Shown one piece after another: positions 9,849 to 19,496 of a stretch of 64,000 bases of DNA. This DNA is from an uncultured virus (IMG/VR IMGVR_UViG_3300009499_000096) (Duplodnaviria > Heunggongvirae > Uroviricota > Caudoviricetes), in the IMG/VR virus record IMGVR_UViG_3300009499_000096; one strand, 5' to 3'. The notes below the pieces were generated by a model that saw only the letters and a program-made list of their open reading frames with translations, made no database searches and had not been told where the DNA came from. The first letter of the stretch is position 1, and each line of letters opens with the position of its first letter. Made by a program: the position numbers and the translations under genes.

Positions 9849-11608
9849 CAGAAGTATGTAGCCGATGTGTTTTGGATACGGATGATCCTAACATCAGCTT
9901 TGATGGGAAAGGAATCTGTAACTACTGTAAGCAGTTTGAGGAACATCCTGAAGGCTGGGGAATTACATCTAATGCTCTTCAGGTTTGGGCATATAAAATC
10001 TATCGAATGAAGGTTGAAGCCAGAGGGGAACATCATTGTATTCTAGGGATTAGTGGTGGAGTGGATAGTAGCTACTTATGTCATGTGGCTGAAGTGGCTG
10101 GGCTCAATCCTTTACTGGTTCATGTGGATGGTGGATTCGATGATCCTTTAGCTGTCAGAAACATGGAGAAATTGATTGAGCACACTGGATTTGAGCACAT
10201 CACCTACACGCTGGATCCAGATGAGTTTAGAAGTCTGTTGCTGGCTTATCTCAGATCCTCAGTGTTGGATACTGATATGCCATCCGATTACGGTATTGAA
10301 GTGTATCAACTGAGAACAGCGTTAAATCGCAAGATTCGCTATATCCTTACTGGATGGAACTATCATAATGAAGCTTTCATGCCAACAGCGTGGAACTACC
10401 CAAACAAACTAGACCACACTAACCTGAGAAACATTCACAATAAGTTTGGTGAAGGAATAGATATTCATAAACTATGGACTTGGGGAGCTTTCCAGCAACT
10501 CTACTACAAAAACCTGTTCAAAATCGAAAAGGTAGCTGCATTAAACTACATCAACTACTCTAAGAAGAAAGCAGTAAAGTGGTTGAAGAAGAACTGGGGA
10601 TGGAAAGAATACAGGGATAAGCATGGGGAAAACATCTTTACAAGATTATACCAGCGTCACATCCTCTATAGAAAATTTGGAATTGACAAAAGAAAAGCTC
10701 ACTACAGTAACCTCATCAGGTCAGGTGGAATGACAAGAGATGAAGCCTTGGAAGAGCTCAAGAATGATCCCTATGATCGTGAGCAATTCAAAGAGGACTT
10801 AGCCTTCACCTTAAGCAAGCTTAGATTATCAATGATAGAATGGAATGAAATCATGAATACTCCAAGGAGACCTCATGAAATCTTTGGCTCAGATGAACGC
10901 TGGTATCGTCTAGCTAGACTTTACTTGAGAGTCAAAAAGAAGCTTGCTAGGTTGAAAAGGAAGCTTCACAAGGCTCCCAAATTCAATACCAGCATGGAGC
11001 TTATGAAACACTGGATTGAAACAGACAGCTATGAACCAATCATGCAGAGGAAGATCAAGCAGTTGTCAGGAGATATTATGGTGGATGTTGGAGCAAACGC
11101 TGGCATCTATAGTATCATGATGAAAAACAAGTTCAGAGTAATCTATGCCTATGAGCCAGACAAAGCAGCTTACAGTCGGTTGCAATATTACCGTCAGAGA
11201 TTCAAAGCTACTAATGTTCAGCCACATAATTTTGCGATCTCCAACACGAATGGAACCCAGCTTTTTGCCAAATTAGATTACAAAAACAAAGGGATTGATC
11301 CCATCACTTCTATCCAACTGGGCTCCACAAAACACTTCCAAGAATACAAAGTTGGAGAAGTGGAACTTGGCTGCTACACTCTAGCTTCACTATTCAAACC
11401 CAGTGATCTGATTGATTTGGTGAAGGTGGATGTTGAAGGAAATGGGCTAAAAGTGTTAGAGGGAGCTATACCAATTATTCACCATATCAAATCTTGGCTC
11501 TTTGAGTTACATCCTTGCTGTGCAATAGACGTGGTGTATTTCCTACAGGATGAAGGCTACAATGTAGAATGGTTAAGCCCAGATTTCATCTATGGAGTGA
11601 GACGTTAA
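9845..11608 (+). CDS. N-acetyl sugar amidotransferase (WbpG-like, PP-loop) fused to an FkbM-family methyltransferase
   Basis: CSRCVLD..GICNYC, GISGGVDSS, KHGEN, IDKRKAHYSNLIRSG.MTRDEAL; C-terminal VDVGANAG, YEPD, LVKVDVEG. Confidence 0.9.
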   Translation: MTEVCSRCVLDTDDPNISFDGKGICNYCKQFEEHPEGWGITSNALQVWAYKIYRMKVEARGEHHCILGISGGVDSSYLCHVAEVAGLNPLLVHVDGGFDDPLAVRNMEKLIEHTGFEHITYTLDPDEFRSLLLAYLRSSVLDTDMPSDYGIEVYQLRTALNRKIRYILTGWNYHNEAFMPTAWNYPNKLDHTNLRNIHNKFGEGIDIHKLWTWGAFQQLYYKNLFKIEKVAALNYINYSKKKAVKWLKKNWGWKEYRDKHGENIFTRLYQRHILYRKFGIDKRKAHYSNLIRSGGMTRDEALEELKNDPYDREQFKEDLAFTLSKLRLSMIEWNEIMNTPRRPHEIFGSDERWYRLARLYLRVKKKLARLKRKLHKAPKFNTSMELMKHWIETDSYEPIMQRKIKQLSGDIMVDVGANAGIYSIMMKNKFRVIYAYEPDKAAYSRLQYYRQRFKATNVQPHNFAISNTNGTQLFAKLDYKNKGIDPITSIQLGSTKHFQEYKVGEVELGCYTLASLFKPSDLIDLVKVDVEGNGLKVLEGAIPIIHHIKSWLFELHPCCAIDVVYFLQDEGYNVEWLSPDFIYGVRR

Positions 11609-12016
11609 ATGTGGTCTTGGGTTCAGAGAAGATGGTGGGAGTTTAAAATGGGAGATAGCAGCTACTTAAGATATGGAATGAGCTTCTTCCAATTCATCCT
11701 CTTGACTTATGCTTTGGGTATAGAGAGGTTTCCAGCACTTGAAGGAATCTTCAGCCACTTGTGGATTTATGCTTTGGCATTCCTAGTTATCTATCCACCT
11801 TCTTCAATTATTCTTGGGCATCTGCATAGAAAGAGACAATTAAAAATTGACACGATCATAGCTATTGAGCAGAACGTAATTTCAGGTTATAATGCTTACA
11901 TTGGTATGACACAGTTCATCAGGTTCCTAGAAGCAAGCAACTTTCCTGTGATGCCAGAATACAGGGAGATGGCTGAATACTGGAAATCAATAGGGAAAAA
12001 TTGGAGACCACGATGA
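11609..12016 (+). CDS. Membrane protein (2 TM)
   Basis: Hydrophobic segments; inside the glycan operon. Confidence 0.6.
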   Translation: MWSWVQRRWWEFKMGDSSYLRYGMSFFQFILLTYALGIERFPALEGIFSHLWIYALAFLVIYPPSSIILGHLHRKRQLKIDTIIAIEQNVISGYNAYIGMTQFIRFLEASNFPVMPEYREMAEYWKSIGKNWRPR

Positions 12017-12684
12017 ACATTCAATCTTTAAAAATGAAACTAGCAGAGAGAACTTGTGATGTTCGCTTTAGGCTGATACAATGGCTATCTCCTAGCATCT
12101 GGAACCGTTCTCAAAATGTTGTTGAACCTGACCATTGGAACCTGTTTCATAATCAAGTTCCAAGAGCAAGCACTCTCTATGCTGAATCTTTCTTCAAGGG
12201 GAGAACAGTATCTTGTGCTGAACTTGGCGTGGCTCTTGCTGATAACGCTGCTTCCATCCTAAGCTTATTAAATGTTCAACATCTTTACTTGATAGATCCA
12301 TATGACACCTTTTTGATTAATTACAAGTGGAAACCCAAAATAATGCCTCTTCAGCTTCAGCAGAAAAGGCTTCTAATTGCTCAAAGAAAGTTGAAGAGAT
12401 GGACAAGTAAATGCACTTGGCTTAATATGCCTTCTAGGAAAGCTGTAGTCAGGATTCCTGATAATTCTCTTGACTTTATCTATATTGATGGTGATCATTC
12501 TTACCAAGGATTCTTTGAAGATTTAGCTCTCTATTTCCAGAAAATGAGGAAAAACAGTATCATTGCTGGACATGATTTTACAGGGGATTGGCTGGAACCT
12601 GTGAGGGCTGTTCTTGATTTTTCAAAGGAACATAACTTGGAATTGCTGACTAGACAAGCAGATTGGTGGATGGTTAAGAATTGA
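12001..12684 (+). CDS. Class I SAM methyltransferase (Methyltransf_24-like)
   Basis: AELGV, LYLIDPY, DFIYIDGDHSY, IIAGHDF. Confidence 0.85.
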   Translation: METTMNIQSLKMKLAERTCDVRFRLIQWLSPSIWNRSQNVVEPDHWNLFHNQVPRASTLYAESFFKGRTVSCAELGVALADNAASILSLLNVQHLYLIDPYDTFLINYKWKPKIMPLQLQQKRLLIAQRKLKRWTSKCTWLNMPSRKAVVRIPDNSLDFIYIDGDHSYQGFFEDLALYFQKMRKNSIIAGHDFTGDWLEPVRAVLDFSKEHNLELLTRQADWWMVKN

Positions 12685-13889
12685 AGGATGATGAATTATT
12701 GAAAATCAATAGCAAAAAATTGGAAACCCAACAGTTTATAGATCAAGCCTATCCACCAACAATGACCTTTGACGTGGATACTCTGGAACCTACCAAGGTT
12801 CTGAGGAAAAGAGTGAAGATCATCAAAGACAACTTCCCTACCTTCTTCAGTGGATTTCGATTACTGGACATCGGATGTAGCAAAGGCTGGTTTTCATTGT
12901 CGTCTAAACATCGGTTTCGTAGAATAAATGCCATAGACTCTGACGCAAAGAACATTGAATTATGCAAGCATTTTAACAGTAAAGTGGATTTCCAACACAC
13001 TTCCTTCAGAAACTACGTAGGGCATGGGCAATTCGATAAAATCTTTGTCGGGAATGTAGCTCACCATCTATTCATGGAAACAGAGGGCTGGGAGTGGATT
13101 CATAAACTAGCTGCTTTATCTTGTGGCTGTGTGCTGGTGGAAGGAGCTACTTCAACTCAGTGTAAGGACATGAAAGAGTATGTTCCAAAGGAGCTCCATA
13201 ACCAATTTAACAAGTTTCTCCCGAAAATGTATGAACACTTTAATTTGATAGCCAAGGTTCCCAGTGTTGTTTACACTCCTAATAGATACCTCATGTTCTT
13301 CAAGAAAAAACAGGTTCCAAAATATGACATCTATAAGCTTCCTGAGATGAAGATAATCAGAGTGAAGGACTTCAAAACTTACATGACCAAGCTCAAGTTC
13401 TGGAAAAAGGTTGTGGCTAAGGTCTGTATGAACAAACAATCTATCTGGAGAGACATGAATCGAATCCGAATAGCCTCATGTAGTCCTGTCAGTAATGGGA
13501 TGATTGGGGAGATCTACAGAGGCAAGGTGTGTGTTGGATGGCTGGAGAACTACAGCAGAAGAAAGAAATATCGGTATTTTGAAAACGAAAAGGAGCTCTT
13601 CAAAAGAGTATGTCAGCATAACATTTTCCTCTCTAAACTGGGCTATGTAGATTTGGATCCAGCTACCATCAACTTCTGGAAAGGCTCTAACAAACTCTTT
13701 GATAAGAGTTGTGTGTTTCCCATTAAAAGCTTGATAGAAGAATCGGCTGGAGCTTTTCCTCTATTATTCACTCAGAGCTACAACACGTTCAGCAGAGATG
13801 TAGGATTACAAGTAGCATCAGCTATCAGAACCAAGGATCCTGTGCAAGTGGAAAAAACTTTCAGGGAATTGTTGAAGTTATGCGATTAA
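12681..13889 (+). CDS. Methyltransferase with a C-terminal kinase-like region
   Basis: LLDIGCSKGWFS motif I; C-terminal VVAK...LGYVDLDPATINF..KLFDK resembling kinase catalytic loops. Confidence 0.7.
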   Translation: MKDDELLKINSKKLETQQFIDQAYPPTMTFDVDTLEPTKVLRKRVKIIKDNFPTFFSGFRLLDIGCSKGWFSLSSKHRFRRINAIDSDAKNIELCKHFNSKVDFQHTSFRNYVGHGQFDKIFVGNVAHHLFMETEGWEWIHKLAALSCGCVLVEGATSTQCKDMKEYVPKELHNQFNKFLPKMYEHFNLIAKVPSVVYTPNRYLMFFKKKQVPKYDIYKLPEMKIIRVKDFKTYMTKLKFWKKVVAKVCMNKQSIWRDMNRIRIASCSPVSNGMIGEIYRGKVCVGWLENYSRRKKYRYFENEKELFKRVCQHNIFLSKLGYVDLDPATINFWKGSNKLFDKSCVFPIKSLIEESAGAFPLLFTQSYNTFSRDVGLQVASAIRTKDPVQVEKTFRELLKLCD

Positions 13890-14896
13890 GATCATTACTA
13901 AGACCAATCAAGAAGAAGCTAATGCCCAGCAAATATATTCCATACCCAGAAGAGAAATTTGATTCATTCCAGACTTACTGGGATGTCTATACAGACCAGT
14001 TTCCCAGAAGAGCCGACATTGAAACCACCAACTTCTGTAATGCCCAATGCGTCTGCTGTTTGCAGCACACCATGAAGAAAGAAAGAGGTATAATGAGCCT
14101 AGATTCCTTCAAGACGATTGCCCAGAAACTCAAGGAACATAACGTGCTGATAAGAGGCTTCTACACTACTGGAGAGCCCTTGCTGGATCCAACTTTATTC
14201 CAGAAATATGCTGTTGCCAAAGAGATGGGGATTCTTGCAGATTACGTGAGTTTGAACACGAATGTTAGCTTGCTGACACCAGACAAGTGGAAGGAAATCT
14301 TAGATAATACTGAAACCATCACCTTGAGCTTCTTTAATGTTGGAAAAGCATATGAACGTATGACAGGTGGAAAGCTACGATGGAAAGACAGCTATGATAA
14401 TGCTAAAGGATTCATCATGTTCAGAGATGAATACAAACCTGACTATCGAATCTTCATCGGCTGTAATGCTGTCAAGGGCTCAAACCTAGCTGCTGTTAGG
14501 AGAGCCTTCAAAGGTTTCAAGATAGATAAATACGCTATTGATGCAGAGCTTAGATGGGCTGGAGCTGTAGTAACTGGTGTAGCTGATAGGGCTGTTATGT
14601 ATCCAAGCTTCAGATGTGATGGACACTTAGGAGTTCTTGAAATTAAATGGAATGGCAATGTAGAGGCTTGCAGCTACGATTTCAAAGAAGAAACATTATA
14701 CTCTAACATTCTCAAAGACTCATGGGATGAAATGTGTAGGAAATTCTTTGAACAATGGAAGAAGCCTTTTCCCCTGTGTGCAAGATGTGACTATTATCAC
14801 TTGTATTGGAGAGTGAAGAGAAACAAATTCAAATACGTGGAAGATTACTCTTGGCAAATACCTTTCCTGAAGAAAGGAGAAAAGCCTATTCGATGA
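13880..14896 (+). CDS. Radical SAM/SPASM protein
   Basis: IETTNFCNAQCVCC, GEPLLDP, LNTN; C-terminal C..WNGNVEACSYD..CARC. Confidence 0.9.
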   Translation: MRLRSLLRPIKKKLMPSKYIPYPEEKFDSFQTYWDVYTDQFPRRADIETTNFCNAQCVCCLQHTMKKERGIMSLDSFKTIAQKLKEHNVLIRGFYTTGEPLLDPTLFQKYAVAKEMGILADYVSLNTNVSLLTPDKWKEILDNTETITLSFFNVGKAYERMTGGKLRWKDSYDNAKGFIMFRDEYKPDYRIFIGCNAVKGSNLAAVRRAFKGFKIDKYAIDAELRWAGAVVTGVADRAVMYPSFRCDGHLGVLEIKWNGNVEACSYDFKEETLYSNILKDSWDEMCRKFFEQWKKPFPLCARCDYYHLYWRVKRNKFKYVEDYSWQIPFLKKGEKPIR

Positions 14897-15456
14897 AGTT
14901 AGTCTTATTAGGTTCACTTGATCGTGATGCTTCATTGTTCTGGGATTCTTTTGAAGGTGGAACAACTCATGGGCTGGAGATTGAATATAAGTATCACGTT
15001 ATTGCATTTTATGTTGAATCTATCCTACCTCAAAGCCTTGTGCTAGATCTTGGCTGTGGCTTTGGTAGAATGAACCAGTTTTACAATATCGGGAGATACT
15101 ATGGAGTAGATACGTCTCCAAGAATGATAGGTGAAGCCAGAGCATTAAACAAGAACAAGTCTAATGCTAAGTTCTTTCTGGTAAACGGACATTCCTTGAA
15201 GCTTTTTGAAGATGAGATGTTTGATGTAGTAATTTGCAGCACAGTGATACTTCACCTGAAGGTGAAAACTGTGAAAATATATGCTCAGGAAGTGTGGAGA
15301 ATCCTGAAGGGAAATGGTTTCTTCCTAGCTAATTTTCCAAAAAAATGTAACCTTGACATCTCCAAAGTGTTTGCTTCCTTTGACATCAAGAAAATAGATA
15401 ATCATTATCGTGGAACCGATAATGTGTTTATATTCCGAAAGAAGGTAAGTCAATGA
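14893..15456 (+). CDS. Class I SAM methyltransferase
   Basis: VLDLGCGFGR, GVDTSPRMI, FDVVICSTVILHL, RILKGNG; start placed at the ATGA overlap at 14893. Confidence 0.85.
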   Translation: MKLVLLGSLDRDASLFWDSFEGGTTHGLEIEYKYHVIAFYVESILPQSLVLDLGCGFGRMNQFYNIGRYYGVDTSPRMIGEARALNKNKSNAKFFLVNGHSLKLFEDEMFDVVICSTVILHLKVKTVKIYAQEVWRILKGNGFFLANFPKKCNLDISKVFASFDIKKIDNHYRGTDNVFIFRKKVSQ

Positions 15457-16295
15457 AGAAAATATCTGTTGTAGTTCCAGCTTATAATGCCACCAAGTAT
15501 CTGAGACACACGTTTTATTCTGTAGTTTGTCAAACAGTGGCTCCATGTGAGATCGTGGTGGTGGATGATTGTTCTACTGATGCTACATTGGATGTGGTGA
15601 GGTCTTGGAAGATCCTGTTCAAGTTTCCTCTGAAAATCATCACTCATGAAGAGAACATGGGCATTGGAGTATCCAGACAAGATGGAGCAATTGCAGCTAA
15701 AGGGGATTACGTCTGTTTCCTGAGCTCTGATGATGTTCTGCATCCCAAGTTTATAGAGTCGTCTATCCCATACTTAGATGGAACCCATGGAACCTTCACA
15801 GACTACTGGAGATGTGATGAGTTGCTGAAACCTACCAGTCCTTTCGTGGCTCCACATTTCACGAATGATGGAGAGTTCAGGATCCTAGCAATCAACTGGG
15901 CTCTCCAGAAAAATATGTTCGTAAACTTCAGCTCAGTAATTATACCTAAGTCCTTTTTCAAGAAAGTGGAGTTCGTGCCAGACCTGAGACATGGGGAAGA
16001 TCTCATTTTTCTCCTTGACACTTTGATCGCTGGGTTCTCATGGAGACATATTCCCAAGTTCCTTCTCAGCTACAGGATTCACAGCCAACAGGGAACAGCC
16101 TTACGTAACATCAAAGAGTGGCTACTGCTATGGAAATACCTGAAAATACGTCTCCAATCACTTGAGGTTCCCATGAGACGTATTAACCAAGCCTATGACG
16201 TGAACAAGATGCTGATGAGCACTCAAACTCCACCTGTGAAAAGGGTTCTGAGACGATTGAGGTTTCTGGTTAGGTCTGTTGGTTTAAAGATTTAG
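15453..16295 (+). CDS. GT2 family glycosyltransferase
   Basis: ISVVVPAYN, VVVDDCSTD, FLSSDD, GEDL. Confidence 0.9.
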   Translation: MKKISVVVPAYNATKYLRHTFYSVVCQTVAPCEIVVVDDCSTDATLDVVRSWKILFKFPLKIITHEENMGIGVSRQDGAIAAKGDYVCFLSSDDVLHPKFIESSIPYLDGTHGTFTDYWRCDELLKPTSPFVAPHFTNDGEFRILAINWALQKNMFVNFSSVIIPKSFFKKVEFVPDLRHGEDLIFLLDTLIAGFSWRHIPKFLLSYRIHSQQGTALRNIKEWLLLWKYLKIRLQSLEVPMRRINQAYDVNKMLMSTQTPPVKRVLRRLRFLVRSVGLKI

Positions 16296-16323
16296 ACCTG
16301 TGAAGTGTAGCTCAGGTTGATGG

Positions 16324-16419
16324 TAGCCGACTCCATAACTTCCTGCAGTTACCATGCTTTTACTGTATTTGTGTAGTATTATTATATAATAAGCTTTATT
16401 AGCCTAGCCGACTCTATAA
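16324..16419 (+). promoter_or_regulatory. Promoter region of the long small-ORF operon with a 15-bp direct repeat
   Basis: TAGCCGACTCYATAA at 16324-16338 and 16405-16419; TTATATAA and CTTTATTA boxes between them. Confidence 0.55.
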
Positions 16420-18371
16420 TTTATCGTAAATAGGAGTGGAAGAGTGAGTGTCCAAAAACAAGGATAAGAAAGCAATCCTTGAAGCAAAGAAAATGGCAAC
16501 AGATGTGCGAACCATCATTGCTATTGAACTGGCTAACTTACCAAGGCTCAATCAGATGCAACTAGAACTTTTAGAAGTTATAGACAAGACGGATCCAGTG
16601 GTTCATGCAATCCTGAAAACCTATGGAGTGAGGGCTCTGGAATGTTAGGAGCTAACATAGTAGCTACAATGCTCAATTATTTTGGAGTGAGTGTTGCGTG
16701 TGGACTTGGTGGTTTGTGCATCATTGCTACCCTAGTGAGATTGTATGGAAGATTAAGAGAAATGAGGAGAACTGTCTATTATGGCTAAGGCTCAGAAGAA
16801 CGTGAAAGTTAGTGCTTGGGCTTTCACAATCAATGATGATCAAGGCAAATTCCACAGCATCATCCGAATACGCACAATGAAACCTGAAGGCAAAAAGATG
16901 AAAGACTATCACAGGAGACCATACTAAAATGCAGAAAACTTACCATGTTCACCTGAACCCAAAAGCCAAAGAGGACTATCACTTTGGATCATACTATCAC
17001 GTTCAGAGGATGCACATAGACAAAGCAGAGAAATCAGAATATGGAACTATGGATTATGGAACCAACTCAAGAGTGAAACTGTTTTTACATCTGCTTAAGC
17101 TGAGGCTCCAAGGCTACAGAAAAGACCAGAGGAAATGGTGAAAATGCCAAAGGATATTGTGTGCAATTTTTGTGATGGAGTGCTTGGAGATGTGGAGAAG
17201 CAGCCTCATGACAATCCAAACTTTGCTGAATATCGAACTTGCCTAAAATGTGGTTATCAATGGGCTAAGGAGTATTGGGCTTGGCTTGCTAGAGTTCAAA
17301 ATGTCAAAGTAATGGGAGCTGTTCAGAAATGAGGAAGAAAGTGAGGGTTATCTGTAGATCAGATGATTACAAGGCTCATGTGATCTTCAATAATAATTTT
17401 CCTAATGCTCAATGGTTTAGAATCCCAAAAGGAGACAACATCAGAATCTTTGCAAGCAAAGTGTATTTTGATAGTGTTCCTGAGAGAATCAAAGAGATTC
17501 AGACTGGTAAAACTATAGTGATTGGCTACACACCTGAGATTACAATAATGGGCTTGATACCTGATGCAGACTTTGAACTCTTGAAAGAAAAGCTTTCTGA
17601 AGCCCTTAAAGAGTTTGTAACAATCACTGAAATGGAGCTGAAGGCATGAGTTACATGAAAGCTACTAATCCCGACTTCACACCTGAGCAAGCTGAAGTTG
17701 CTAGGGAAGTTTGTAAGGTGGAAAGCCATGAGTTTGGAGTTCATAAAAAGAAGGTCATGTGCTTGAGATGTGGCTTGATCTATCCTAAACCTGAAATGAG
17801 TGATTTTGTGGAAGTCACTGGAAAGTTCAGAGGCAAGAATATTGCTGGAGTCAATTATTTTGGTTATGCGAAAGCATTAGAGGATTACAATTCTGAGCTT
17901 GAGAGGTTGTTGCTGAAATGAGTGAACATTGTGTTCTCTCTCCTGAGTCTAAGTGCCTTGGTGGAAGAGACTGTGAAACGTGCATCGTCAATGAACCATT
18001 ATTTACTCCCAATGAACGTCACATACTCTCTCTGAGGAGAGAGGAGAGAGATGTTATGTATGAATTTACAGAATCCAAAACCATAGAGATCCTGAACAGC
18101 AAAAAAGAGGCTGACATCTTCTTTAGAGTAATTGTGCAACCTATGGAGCAGAATAGGAGACGACAACAGAAACGGAAGGAAGGGAGTGCTCCAGCAAAAT
18201 GAGTTGTAAAAACTGTGGTTCAGCAATTATAATTGAGCAAATGCGTTCAATCCAAGCAGAGATTAACGAATTACGTAATAAGCTTCACTCATTACTTCAA
18301 CGACAAGAAGCCATGGCAAATGGTTTTTGTGATTCATATTGTCAAAGTAATTTTAAAGGAGTAAATAAGAA

Positions 18372-19496
18372 ATGAGTCAAGTGTTAGCGAATGGTGAGAA
18401 CGGTTCCACTGTGCTTGTTGGCAAGCTACATGATCCTGATACTTTGGTTTCAGGAGAAGAGTTGAAAGGCTGGAACTACAGGGCTATGTGGAGCTTCCTG
18501 AGACTTCAATATAAACGAAATGAGATTGACGCTGAGATCTCTGTTGCCATGGATAAGAAAAGGGTAGAGCTAGGCATCAGTGTGGAGAAACCAAGGGGAA
18601 TTTTGCCCAGATACTACAGCCAGCAAGTGCTACGTAGAATTTTCATGAAGTATGGGAGCCCTGAAAAACCCAGAGAACTTCAATTCATCATGGGAAGAAC
18701 TGGAGTCATTAGAGCTGTAGCTACTCTTCAACATCTCTTACTGGAACCACAAAAAGTGTATGACGCTGCTAAAACCTTGATGGATAAAAATTATCCTCAT
18801 CTACAGCCTTTAAACGACTTTAACCTGTCTGGAATCTGCTATCAACTCAATGACTTGAACGACATGAAAATAGGACTCCAAATTCATGCTGGAACCATCA
18901 CAACAAGGCAAGCAGTTAGAGTAGCAATTTTAACCAGAGTCGAACAATGCCTCAATGCACTCAGTTGGCTGAACATTGGAAGCCTCAATCAATTCATGGG
19001 ATTTGGAGCTGGAGTTGGAGCCCTAGAGTATGAAAGAGTTTTGAGAATCAAGAAGGTCTCAGAGCTGATACCTAGACTTCAATCAGCCATCATATCCACC
19101 TTGGGCAAAGAAGGAGACGTGATCGCTAAGGTTGAAGCTGGCAAACAGGTGAAGGTTACTCCCCGAACAGCTAGAGTTCTGTTGTCGGCTATGGGCTTAA
19201 GCTACAGCCTAGGAGCTAAAACAATCATGCAAGTGCTAGACCAGTTCAAAGAGGAAGATCACACGCAATGGGGAATGTCTATGGCTGCTAGTTGGGTAGC
19301 CAAGCATGGTAGCTTCAAGAAGAGACCTGAGCAACAGAATAGGCTTGCCACTCAGAAACTCAGCACGATGGCTGCTGCATCCTTGATGATTAAGAATATT
19401 CCGAAAGCTAGAAAGTTCAGTCTGGCTTGGCTGAAACAGCACGTTAAAGGTGGCTGTGTCACGACAGTAGAGGAACTTCTTAAGGGCTTAGTGTAG
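18372..19496 (+). CDS. DUF932-like mobile-element protein
   Basis: IRAVAT...IGLQIHAG..AVRVAILTRVEQCLN pattern reminiscent of the DUF932 R..C.N motif. Confidence 0.4.
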   Translation: MSQVLANGENGSTVLVGKLHDPDTLVSGEELKGWNYRAMWSFLRLQYKRNEIDAEISVAMDKKRVELGISVEKPRGILPRYYSQQVLRRIFMKYGSPEKPRELQFIMGRTGVIRAVATLQHLLLEPQKVYDAAKTLMDKNYPHLQPLNDFNLSGICYQLNDLNDMKIGLQIHAGTITTRQAVRVAILTRVEQCLNALSWLNIGSLNQFMGFGAGVGALEYERVLRIKKVSELIPRLQSAIISTLGKEGDVIAKVEAGKQVKVTPRTARVLLSAMGLSYSLGAKTIMQVLDQFKEEDHTQWGMSMAASWVAKHGSFKKRPEQQNRLATQKLSTMAAASLMIKNIPKARKFSLAWLKQHVKGGCVTTVEELLKGLV

